From assembly GCA_964016885.1 (NCBI GenBank), contig OZ024742.1:336970001-337034000 (forward strand): DNA of 64,000 bases, in the 5' to 3' direction. Source of the stretch: Eledone cirrhosa. Lineage: Eukaryota. The stretch's first letter is position 1. Every line of letters begins with the position of its first letter. The notes under the pieces were generated by a model, which worked only from the letters and a program-made list of their open reading frames with translations, searched no databases and was not told where the DNA came from. Shown in pieces: positions 13,701 through 25,846 of this stretch. The translations under genes and the position numbers were made by a program.

Positions 13701-14500
13701 TTATATAACTGAATTTGAGGAAGATATAGAAGAAATTTCAGTTGTGGAAACAAAACCTAGAATCAAAAGGACTCAAAGTAAACTTAAAGACTAAAGTTGT
13801 AGTAAGTAGGAAAGAAGACAAGATTCTGATGCCACCAGGGAAATAAATGGCAGTGCTTAATATGCAGAAAAAGGGTGAGTAGTAATTCCATACTGGTGTA
13901 CTAAAGGTAAAAAAAAATAAATAAATAAAACAATACACCAGAGATATTGTAGTATCACAGGCAGGCTAACAAAGAAGGTAGATTTTATATATGGCAGATA
14001 AATAGAAAGGGTTAGTAATAAGAGCACCAGAGAAATAAACCTTCTCCAATCCATAGATGATGCCATAGAGTATCTAAAGGCTGGTCTGAAAGCTAAAAAT
14101 AGGGTAAGATAAATTCCAGGAGCCTCTGCCTCTTGACAATGAAGTGACTCGCACATTAAGTGAAAGGTAGACTGCATTATTTTTGTGTATGCAGTATAAT
14201 GCTATATAGTAGCGTGACACGGGCAGTGAATATAAAAGATATGAAAAGGCTGGATCTGTAATTTCAATATGCAAGAACAACGAAGCACAGGTTAGTTGAG
14301 AGAATCACTAAGTATAAGAGCGATGGTGGTGTGCAGGAGAGAAGATTGCATTCATAGACATGTAATACATATGGATAATGATTGAGTGAAGAAGTACCAG
14401 AAGTTTGAAATGGAAGATGTGAGCAGAAAATGAATTTCACAGAGATGATAAAAGAAAAAAAAATCAAGTGGAGAGATGTGTAAAGACCTTAACCCAAACA
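10800..14500 (+). pseudogene. Old, fragmented RTE LINE related to families A-C
   Basis: Nucleotide relics of TICNTKF, MKCHCE, FIDLKKAFDRIP, LYGDDL and the Cys-rich segment, in the same order as in the intact copies. Edges approximate. Confidence 0.75.
12108..13199. mobile_element. Non-autonomous piggyBac-like DNA transposon
   Basis: TTAA at 12104-12107 and 13200-13203. Imperfect 13-bp TIRs CCCTTTAGCATTC / GAACACTGAAGGG. Removing it rejoins the surrounding LINE relic. No transposase ORF seen. Confidence 0.82.
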
Positions 14501-14939
14501 AACATGAAAATATAAATGTAATAAATGATTATGATGATGTATATGTGTGAATGTGTGTAGAATATGCACTTGTGTATAAGTGACTTTCATTTTAATTTTT
14601 TAAAAAACTAGGCCAGCAAGTGACTCATTTACTGGACCTAGAAAACCCTATAAGTCAAGTAGTCATGAATGTTATGTAAAATGAAGGTGCAATATAACTA
14701 TGCATAGTATCTATACATGTGTGCATGTGTGAGTGTGTGTGTGTGTGTGTGTGTGCGTGCAGGCATGGGAAAAACATGGTGAATCATTTTGTCTGCTTTT
14801 CTATGCTGGCATGTGTTGGACAAGGCTGAGGTATTTTCTGGTCAGCTGCCCTGCCTAACACTAACACTTTTAGTTACCTCTTCAACAGGTAGGTATATCA
14901 TGTGCCTGTTCTAAAAACTGTTGTCACGCCAAGCAAGAC

Positions 14940-15255
14940 CTTTCTAGTGCTACTACCATGATAAAATGCTCCCAACCCACTTTATAAAGTCAAAGTGCTG
15001 GTGCGATGATAAAATGAACGCAGCATACTATGTAAAGTGGTAGTGCTGGTACCATGATAAAATGAACCCAGCATACTCTTAAAAGTGACAGTAAACCCTA
15101 TAAGGTCATTGGAGTTAGGAAGGGCATCAAGCCATAGAAAGCAGGTCAAATATCAAACGTATGGACAAGATGGTATGTCTCCACCTTATCAAGTCCCAAA
15201 TTGTAACAACCCGCCCAACCCATGCCAGCATAGAAAGTAGGCGTAAAGTGATAAC
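14940..15255 (+). mobile_element. Degraded SINE/LINE 3' module with subrepeats and RTE-type terminus
   Basis: Three gtgctggtaccatgataaaatg-like repeats, gttaggaagggcatc, and acccatgccagcatagaaagtaggcgtaaag. Confidence 0.65.
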
Positions 15256-15921
15256 AGCACGCAACCTGCTTCTTTAACAACTGGATGAGTAACAAACCTT
15301 TGGTTTCTTCACCAAACAAATATGTTTGAGGGAGAGAGAGAGACTACTTTCAGACATTTTAGAATATTTGCCCCGTTCCTTTTTTTTTTTTTCCTTCCAT
15401 TAATTCTAAATAAAAATTTTAGGATATTATTCACAAAAACTGCTGTACAGGTATAATATAGATTGATTAACTATGTTTGTGACATCAGAATTAGCCATTG
15501 CTTAAAGAGGTTTGTAGCTGGTTATTGATATAGAATGTGTGTGATATTTTATTTTTTTTAAATCATAATCTAAATTGCCATAATCCTAATGACATGAATG
15601 ACACTGCCAATGATTTCTAAATCATTTGAAAATAAATAGAAGTTGGAGGGATTTAGTAATATAATTCACTTTCTCGTTATTTATCTCGTGTTTGGAACAT
15701 AACTTAAACATTGTTATATCATTATGATGGAAGATTTTTAGATAAATATAAACACCTAAAACTAGATGGTTTTGTATTGCAGAACCAGGGCTGGTTTCAG
15801 ACAGTTTGGTATCAAAAGGGTTCAAGTGTTTACTCAGGGAAGGAAGAGCAATACCCAAAACTATTTTCAAAGACCTATATGACTAGTTGGAGGCAGAAGG
15901 AAAGTATCCTCGAACCAAAAT

Positions 15922-15993
<72 letters not shown>

Positions 15994-17269
15994 TGCATCA
16001 ACTATGATTTAACTCAACTTTGTTGTTAGTTAATACATTTCTAAATTGGTTTTAGATATGAAGTGGCAGACTCGCTGAGGAATGTTTCTAAGTTTTATGT
16101 ATTTAGCATTGTTGACTTCTTTGTTTGACCTCCTGGTACAGTGCAGGAACACAAGGGGCTTGCATCATGCTTACAAAGAAGTTTCCACACTGAGTGCATT
16201 TTATCATGGCACTAGAACTAGGGAGGTTGTAAAGTGTTTGACACAGCTTAAGAGTCCTCCCAACTCTTTGTTTGACAAAGTTTTCTGCAGCAGTATAGCT
16301 TTCCTATCACCAACCAATTTACAGAGTGTAGTAGCTGCATTTTTTCGTGTAAATTACCATCACTAGGAAGGTTAAGCCTTTGACAGTCAAAGAGTCTTCC
16401 TGATTTTGTTTGGTAGGTCTTCAATGACTGATTGCCCCACATATCACCAAGCACTTTACAGCGTGTACTGAGTGCATTTTGTGTTTATTTAAAATTTTTG
16501 TTTTAAATATTAAAAGCATCTACTTAATGAATGGCTATTTATAGAACAAACTTATTAATAAAGGAACTAATTAACTCTTATTCTGTAATGAGTAGAAAAT
16601 ATCTAACAGGTTTGTTAATTCAAATTTTTATAGTATGTTTATAGTGGACAGATCATTGGGAAAATTTGCAGAATTAGAGTAAAGACTAATTTTTAATGTG
16701 ATGCTGTCATAGTCCTGTTTTATACTTTTTAAGAACGACTTGCTAATATGGTTTCATGTGACACAAGATGCTAAGAATTAATACAACCAAGTTAAATGAC
16801 AAAACATACCTTCATCATCAACTTTACACCAATGTTCCATGCTGGCATTGGTTGCACTTATATAAAAATTGCAAAACAAATAGTTTTCCATTTTTTTTAT
16901 GTACAGATAATAAACTATTGATCTGATAACAAAATTTGTTTTTGAAGTGTTTATGTCTATCTAAACATTTTGTCATAAATTTTATGTAAGAACTTTTTTT
17001 CCCTTTCTTTTGTGCTCCAAACACCAGGTAAATAATGGGAAAGTTAGCTATATTACTAAATCTCTCCAAATTCTTGATTATTTTCAAAATTACTTGAAAA
17101 TCATAAGTAGTGTCCATCATTTGAAAGATGTTAACTAAAATAGTGTATTTCCTTAGAAATATAGGCACAAAAGAGTTAAGGAAGAATTTGGATGGATTTA
17201 CTTAAATTATTAATTATTCATTACAAAGATAGAAACTTAACATATCTAAGTCTAAAGTCTATCTCAAGC

Positions 17270-17548
17270 CCAGAGGCTCAACTGGCCAGTGCTTACCCCA
17301 GTTTCTGTGGCATGAAGCAACTGAGAGTACAAGACTTTCCCCTGGACAGGACGCCAGTCCATTGCAGGGTTAAACCCCCAGCTATTACTGGTACTCTTTT
17401 TTTCTTTAAAAGCTGCGTATACTGGAGCAACGTGAAATAAAGTGTCTTGCTCATGAACACAACACATAACCCAGTCTAGGAATCAAACCCACGATATTAT
17501 GATCGCTCGCAAGTCCAACACCCTTACCACTAGGCCACATACCTCCAC
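17270..17548 (-). mobile_element. tRNA-derived SINE
   Basis: Minus strand: TGGCCTAGTGG A box, GGTTTGATTCC B box, gagcaagacacttatttcacgttgctccag core shared with the 4789 copy, but a different tail. Confidence 0.82.
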
Positions 17549-20500
17549 AACATATAGTTCTTATATAAAATTATGTTGGAAGATCTTAATTTAAATAGGA
17601 ACCCTTTAAAATGGGTGTTTTTTGTTTCATAGAATCAGAGTTTTGAGTAGGCTGGTATTGATTTGGCAACAAAAAATGTATCAATAATAACATATCTTCA
17701 GTATCATTGTTTTAGTTACCTTCTGAAAAGAAATTTAACAAATATATTATTAGTTTTCTTCTTCAATCAGCTGAAAATGTTTTAAATCTTGTATACTAGT
17801 AATATTTGGACTAACCAAAGAAATGGAATATTCCTTCAAAGACAATATGCAATAAAAACACCAAAACTTAATCTTTTTGCCACAATACTTATGCTAAAGT
17901 CACATATGTAAATAAAAATCTTTATGATACCAAATCACCTGAAACTGTTCTTGGTTCTACAATACAGAACTGTATGTTTTTAAGTGTCTTATTTAAAATG
18001 TTGTAATGAAAGGGTAAAATTACAACGCAATTCAGAAATTATCAACTATTTCAAATCCATTAAATGTTTACTCCTATTGATACCAAACCACCCCTGTTTC
18101 TATGATACAAAACTGTTTTAATGTGACTGTTTATCTTTAAAAAAAAAAAAAAAAACTTCCATCAAAATGCTTGTAAAAACCTTTAAGATAGATAATGAGA
18201 AAGTTATTTTACTAAAATTATTTTAAAATTATAGGCAGTCTTTCATTAGAAATATGGTAATGAAAAGGTTAAAGCTATTAATAAAAATACTTCATGTGCA
18301 ATCTTTATAAACCATTTAAATTCTTTAAAATGATCAGTTTGAAGGTAAAATAAGGTTTATCCCATTTGTTGTCATATTTATAATAATAGATACTGCCTAT
18401 AAGTTTCACGTGTTGGAAATAATCAAAAATTTACAGGAATTTAGTAATATAAACTTTCTCAGTAAGCAAGTGTTTGAAACAAACATCTCTTACATAAAAT
18501 CAGGATAAAAGTTTTTTAGATAAATATGCACACCTTGGAATATAAACAGCTTTGTGTCAAAGAGGTGTGGTATCAATTTTGAAAAGGTTATTGAAATAAA
18601 AATGTAAATGAAGAAATATTTACTTATCTATTTGTATTAACACTTAACACCTGAGGCATATATTACTCTAGGTAAGGAACTATATTAGCTCAATAGAGGT
18701 CTTAACATCTGAGGTACATATCACTACTCTATGTAAGGAACTATATTGGGTCTTCAAAGTAAGTTATAGCAAGATTTTATATTACACTTTCAAAACTCAT
18801 TTTTCTAGTCCAACCTTTATGTAGCCACATTTCTGCCTATGATTTTCAAACAATTTTTTTAAATAATCAAGACTTGAGGAATTTAGTTATATAACTTAAT
18901 TTTGTCATTATTAAGCTGGTGTTTTCAATGTATCTTTACAAAAGTTCTTACCTAAAAGTATGATGAAACGTTTTTAAATAAATATGAATACTGTAAAATA
19001 AACAGTTTTGTATCATAAATCAATGGAGTCAAAGTGCAAAATAATAAAAACAAGCATTTTAAGCCCATTATACAATTTAAATTGAGACACACAGATTACA
19101 TAAAATATTCTAAAAACTATTCAGGATTCAATCCCACTGCATGACATCTACAATAGTGGGATCAAACCTCAGATTAACCCAAACCATTTTAGTGAAATTG
19201 TATACACAGAATTTGTGTGGATGCCTGTAATTCAAAGGTCAGACTTTGTCATATAGTGTCGCACTCATTCTGCCTGTGAATTACATGTTAATTCACAAGT
19301 GATGTTCAGTTAATCGAATGACTGAAGGCTCAATATAAAAACCAATGAAGAATTCATCGTTATCATTTTAAATAAAATCATGAAATTATTATTATAAATA
19401 AATATATTTAAGTTTGTAAAAAGCAATTTTTCCTTCTCATGCTTTCACTAAACAATGGTAAAAATATAGAAAATATCTTAGAAATAAATTTTACCAAAAC
19501 CTTTACCATAAATTCAAAATTTATAAATAAATCTTCATAAATGTCCAAACGAAATTAACAAGTTGACACTTCCATTACCATATTTCTCATGAGAAATGCT
19601 ATATTTGATTTTTAAATAATTCTAAAATAATCAAGAATTTGAAGGATTTAGTAATATGACTTTCTCATTAAGCTGGTGTTTGAAACATAAAGAGTCTTAT
19701 ATAAAATGATGATAGTTTTTAGATATAAACACTTCAAAATAAACAGTTTTGTATTGAAGAACTAGTGGCAATTCCAGTGAGCTTGATATCAAAAGGATTA
19801 ATCAAAGGGCCAACAGCAGAAGAAACTGCAGGGAAATTAATTTTGAATTTGATTTGTTTTAATAAAAATAACTTTCAGCTGAAATAATAATTAAAATAAC
19901 TAACTTGTTAAGATATAAATTAATAAATGAATATGGCACATATAAACAAGCAATATTTCATACACAATAGTCATCATGTTGAAATTTATTTTTGTTTCAT
20001 ATTCAAAGGCAAGATATATTAGAAATTGCTATTATGAAAACAAAAATAAGAGAAAATGTTATGTAGTTTACAAGTGAATAAATATAAAGTTATACTAAAC
20101 TCAATTTTGCCTTTTCATTAAACCTTTTGATTCCAAACCACCTGAAACTGTCCCTAATTCTACAATACAATTAAAATGTCTATATTTATCTAAAAACCTT
20201 CCATTCTAATTTTATGTAAAAACTTTCCGTTATAATTTTGTGTAAAAACGCTTTTGTTATATTCAAAACATCAGGTAAATAATGAGGAATTTATTTATTT
20301 TACTATCCTTCCAAATCTTGATAATTTTTTATATTTGAAAATCATAGACAATGTCTTTCATTAGTAATATGGTAACTAAAAGAAAATGGCACTACAGAGA
20401 TGAAAGATATATTAGTATCAACCAATGTAAATGAAATCTGTGAAGACAACTTGTTCCCAAATTTCAAATTTGTATACATTTAAGACGATGATAAATCTTC

Positions 20501-21184
20501 CGTCAGTTTCAATGATGACCATTCAGTTGTTTAATCAAATGGACACCCAACGTGTGGAACTGATGTTTAAGTCCAGTCTGAGTATTCCAGACACATGTAG
20601 CCTTAATGAGAGATTCAACATAAGTGTATGACAACCTATCCTTATACTATAATACAATATGTGGTTGAATATTCCATAGACATGCATACCTTTAAAGTAA
20701 TTACAGGTTTAGGTCCATCTGACAGGCTTCCAAACAGTTTCCATCTACCCAATTTATAAGGGTTGGATTGATCCCAGGCTTTGTTAATAGATATTTACTC
20801 AAAATGCTACATAATGGGACCAAAGTAAATCAAAATAACTGCCATATGAAAACCAAATGTAAGAATGTTCACACTGTTGGAATAATATGAAAGATAAAAT
20901 AGAACACACACACAAACATTTGATAAAAATACTAACAGCAGTTTTACAATACTATAAAATGTCTCACTTGTTTGGTAGGTAATCAGAGGCTATGTACTCC
21001 AGATGGGGAACCATTCAGTAGAATAAAGAGTTAAACACTTACCTGCCTGTACTAATCTCTACATAACAATAATCCATGTATTAATCCAATGTATATATTT
21101 TTAAAAGTGAATACAATAAACAATCCTATCGGTGACCAATTCTGACCTGCCACACACAAGTAATAGTAATATGAAATAGCGCAC

Positions 21185-21344
21185 CTCTTTCCAGTTTTTC
21201 CTTAGTTCTTTCAATATAAGTGGTCTTGTTCTGATATCGGGGACTATGACGACTTCTGGGGCTGTCATCTCTCGTCCTGTCGTCATCGGGGGAGCTTCGC
21301 AGCTTTTCACAGCGATTGGTGATTGTATATGGGTACTGCATGCC
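21185..21344 (-). CDS. WAC: Internal coding exon of host gene (WAC-like, upstream exon)
   Basis: Acceptor ccttttgaattttag| and donor AGAG|gtgcgc. 160 nt, phase 0 to 1: GMQYPYTITNRCEKLRSSPDDDRTRDDSPRSRHSPRYQNKTTYIERTKEKLER(G). Non-repetitive; resembles the pre-WW-domain region and exon phases of WAC as I recall them. Confidence 0.6.
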
Positions 21345-21497
21345 CTAAAATTCAAAAGGAAAATCAGGAAAAAGAAATAGCATATGTCGAGTAAAATAGG
21401 ATTATATTTTTTTAAAAAAAGAAAAAAAAGATATGTATCCATTTAATTCTACATTTTTCATTTAAAACTATCAAAATTTAAATATATTGAAATAGCT

Positions 21498-21630
21498 AAC
21501 CTCAAGTCACTGAAACTAACAGAGGAGATGACAAAGGATCGCAATGAGGGGAGAGATGCCATGCTGAGAAGGACCCGTCTAATTCATGTAAGTGTGAAAA
21601 AACAGACGTAAAAACAATGATGCTGATGAT
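21498..21630 (+). mobile_element. 3' terminal fragment of an RTE family-B-like LINE
   Basis: acctcaagtcactgaaactaacagaggagatgac...gacccgtc...gacgtaaaaacaatgatgctgatg parallels 39696-39826. Confidence 0.75.
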
Positions 21631-22071
21631 TTTTAAAAATATGAAAGGGTGGAAGTTTCATCTTTTTATGTATTTTACAGTGAACCATGTCTTATACTGG
21701 TAGGCTCAGATTGGGCAAAATATGTGAGTGAAATAAATCGCGCGTGCGTGCGTGCGTGCGTGCGTAACATAGCAGTATCATCATTAACAGTTACAAAGGC
21801 AAAGGTGATGCTCAAGGAAAGGATCTCCTATAGAGGTATTAAACTGATGGATCAAGTTATGAAAGTATAGGAATAGAATTAGATAAGATGAGATGCAGTT
21901 TGGACTTGTGCCAAGTCTTTCTTGGTGAGACAACTACATGAAGTTTCTAGCCAAGAATAAACCAATTAAACACTTTCATTGCCATATTTCTACTGAAAAA
22001 TATTTGCCTATGATTTTCAAAGAATCCAAAATTTGGAGAGATTTAGAAATATAACTAAATTTCCTTTTATC

Positions 22072-22761
22072 ATGCTGTAATAGTAATATACGTGAACGGC
22101 AAAGCATAAACGAACTAAGGGAGAAATTAGGAATAAGAGGGATCATATGTTGTTTACTCGAGAGAAGACTACGTTGGTACGGTCACGTGATGCGCATGAA
22201 AGACGACAGCTGTATAAAAATGTGCAGGGCGATCAAAATTTACGGTAGCCACGGAGTAGGCAGACCCAGAAAAACCTGGGACGACTTGATAAATTCCGAC
22301 CTCTCACACACTTACACCTCTCCAAGACAATGTCACTGGACCGAGATCTTTGGTGCTACAGTAATACAGAAGACCCGCCTTGCCTAAGTACAAAGCGAAA
22401 CCTACAGTCAGTAGGCACCTCTAACAAAAATACACCCGTCCCATTACCCCCACCCCATCCCCTTCAATGTGAAGTTATGTTGGTACCACAACATCCAGTC
22501 CGAAACAAATGAGGTCGTGTAGGTGTCACGACAAAAAAAAAACACAGTCCATGCTGTAATGTGGCCGTGTAGGTAACACGGTAAAAACCTTCCAGTCCAC
22601 ACTGTAAACGTGGTTGGTGTTAGGAAGGACATCCAGCCGTAGAAAACCCGCCCCGCCAGACAGTCCTATACGAGCAAGACAACCAATCTTGCCTCAAGTG
22701 GGAAAATTCCTGTCCAAACCCATGCAAGCGTGGAAGATGGACGTTAAAGGATGATGATGAT
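22072..22761 (+). mobile_element. 5'-truncated, older RTE family-A copy
   Basis: [26 protein letters not shown] followed by a family-A UTR and gatgatgatg. Confidence 0.9.
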
Positions 22762-24506
22762 GTTTCAAGCATAATGTAACAAAGGTTCTTACCTAAAATT
22801 ATGATGGAAGGTTTTCGGATGAATACAAACACTTTAAGCTAAACTATTTTGTATCATAAAACCAAGGGTAATTAAATATCAAAAATTATAAATATAAATA
22901 AATTATGACTATTTTAAATGTTGCCGTATTTCAGTATTCAATTGAATCTAAAACTGTTTAGATTACTGATAACAAAATATTTTTATACACAGCATTCATT
23001 AACCTCTGTTAAAACCGACTTTCCTGGTGTATGTTTAACAAAATTTTTATCTGAAAATGTTATACAAATAAGTAAGACTGGTTTTTACTAATAATTAAAT
23101 AGATTACAAATATACAAATAAGTCATTTTTAGCAATAATTATACAGAGACTAGCATGCAGAAAAAAAAGAGGAAGAAGCTGATGGTCAGAATGGACCATG
23201 GGAATCGTGTTTCTATTATCTTTTCATTAAATCCAAGATACCTTGCACTATTTCAGCATGTGTTTAAACTGACCACTGTATCTCTCCTTTTGGCCTCCCC
23301 GTCATTGTGCTCTTGTTTGCAGCTTAAAATTAAAGACTACTGTAGGTCAGGTGTCCTACACATCTCAATTCTACTTTATCATGTCTACAATATTGGCACT
23401 ATCTGCTCACAATAGGACCTCCTCACTGGTAAACTATTTTGTCATTGCTCCTTAGTGTGTGCCATAGTCTTCTTTACTGGAAAAGTACATTGTGTCCCCT
23501 GTAGAGTACAGGTGAGAGCTTTTTACTTTATCTTTTATTTTTGGGGCTTATAACTTTCCAGGTTTGCATGTTTCCATTTCCATGTCACCAATGTTGTCCC
23601 AGGGAAAATGTTTGGTATCAGTGTTGTAACAGATGATCTCTGATAGAGGGATGAAGCTGAAAGAGAGATGGCAAGGTCTAACACTAACAATTCTCACAAC
23701 CCACCACCATGGACTAGAATGTTATCAACCCTCAATAGGATGAATGGAGTTGACCTCAGAGGATTTGAACTGAGCACAGAAAGACAAAAGAAATACCACA
23801 AAGCATATTAATCCAATGCTGTAACAATTGCACTGCTTTCTATATAGCCAGTCAATAATTGACAGATATGCTGATTGTCGAAGACATGCTTTTAGAGCGA
23901 ACCACATGTTAAAATATCTACACAGTTTGTTCTTTATTTCTTTGTCTAGCTGCAGTTCGAGATGTAATTTCCTAAGTATTTTTAATATGTGGTGGATTGC
24001 AATATGATACTGCTGATATTCATATTGGTTGGCATCGCAACAGGCTGGTCCCAGACATGACTTGCAGCATAACTTATCTTATTGGTGTTATTCGAAAAGT
24101 CCACAGCTGATTGCTACTCTCTTAAGTTTACTTGTAAGTGCTGGCTGGTTGTTCTTAGAGAAGTATACATATAGTCAACAGCAAAGAATATATACCTATT
24201 AGTAGGAGCAACACTAACTGGTCATTTAACCTGCTTTTAGGAAAAACTAGTAAATAACTCATTGTTTTAGGGACAGAATAAGTAATATTTGGTTCCATCA
24301 TCAAACTTTAATAAAGCTGTATTTGTCGATTGGGAAAATGGACATTATATGATGATGATTATATATAAATATGTATATAAATATGTATCGAAATTTTGTA
24401 TTTCTCAAAAAACACGGTATGTTTATAGGTAAACATTTAGAAAGGCATAGCGATGCAAAAAACACCGGGGCTAACGCCCTCTGGTGGTGTCCAGCAGAAG
24501 CAAGGG

Positions 24507-24558
24507 GGACAATCGTCGATGCATTTCGGACTTAACTGGTCCTCATCAGGACGATCCC
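24507..24558 (-). ncRNA. Type I minimal hammerhead ribozyme
   Basis: Minus strand: gggatcgtc CTGATGA ggac cagttaa gtcc GAA atgcat C gacgattgtccc. Stem I atcgtc/gacgat, stem II ggac/gtcc, palindromic stem III, AUC cleavage triplet. Confidence 0.88.
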
Positions 24559-24947
24559 TCCCAAAGCTACAGCTTTCTAAATGTTTACCTGTAAACATAC
24601 CATGTTTCTTTAGAAATACGAAATTTCTATACATATCTGTATACAGCTATGCCTGAAGCTAAATCCTAATTATATATATATGTGTCATCAAATGTTGTAC
24701 ACACATAGATATTTTTTTCATTTTCCAATTGAGTTCTTAGCACGTGGCCTGAATTCCTTTCAGAGTTCATTGTCACGCGCATGTATTGTTTTTTTGGCGG
24801 TAATTCACTTCCTCATTTTTTGAATCAGTTCGAGCACTTCATTCAGAACTGCTGGACTGGCAACCTGACAGATACCTCAGGCACAGAAAGTGATTATCAC
24901 TATATGCTGATGTTGGTTAGATTATCAATATTAGTATTATTGGGGTA

Positions 24948-25074
24948 CCCACTGATGAATTATAGGAGCCCACTTGAATATATATCTATTGATGATATAC
25001 AAGCTCCTACATAAATTGGTATAATTTCACCCAAATTGTAGGAATCCTATAATGAAACGCGACGTCCGTCTGGG
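24948..25074 (+). ncRNA. Type I hammerhead ribozyme with branched, extended stem II
   Basis: ccca CTGATGA attatagga [77 nt] tcctataat GAA acg cgacgtc cgt C tggg. Perfect 9-bp stem II base, GUC triplet, 4-bp stem I. Confidence 0.72.
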
Positions 25075-25245
25075 AAGAGATATATTAGATATATCTCATT
25101 TGAAATAATACAGCCAACTTTCCACGCAATACTTTTAGTTAGCACCCCGAACACATAATTGGGAATATAATCACTTATTTCCTAATGTTTGTTGAGTGAG
25201 TTGGAATTTGGCCGGAGTATCGCTAAAAAGCTTTCTCCGATATTG

Positions 25246-25323
<78 letters not shown>

Positions 25324-25668
25324 CAACATTTAACATCAGAGAGATAGACAACACCATTGACAGAAAACACATTTTAGAATGTAACCATTTTTTATTTTGT
25401 CTCATATTTCTATTCCATCAATTCTAAATGTAAATTTTAGAACACTTAACGCATAGGATCCATGTGACAGATGGACAAAAAAAGCTGTATAATTATTAGA
25501 ATATAGATTTAGAGCGATAAAAAATGTCAGTAGGTAGTGAACTACATATAGGCTACATAAATACTCCCAAATAGAGCAATATTAGTATGAAGGATATAAA
25601 TAATTAGTTAGTTATATTAATAAATCCCTCCAATTCTTTATTCTCAAAATTAGTTGAAAATCATAAAT

Positions 25669-25846
25669 ATCATCATCGTCATTTTACGTCCGCTTTTCCC
25701 TGCTTGCAAGGGTGGGACGGAAACTGATTCTGGCTTGATTTCTACAGCTGGATGCCCTTCCTAACACCAACCTCATTTACAGTGTGGGCTGAGTGCTTTT
25801 TTGCCGTGGTACCTCCACGACCACTTTGCACTGGAATGATATCATT
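25669..25846 (-). mobile_element. 3' half of the SINE family seen at 4789 and 48080
   Basis: Reverse complement of ccactgcaaagtggtcgtggaggtacc...cccacccttgcaagcagggaaaagcggacgtaaaatga. Confidence 0.88.
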
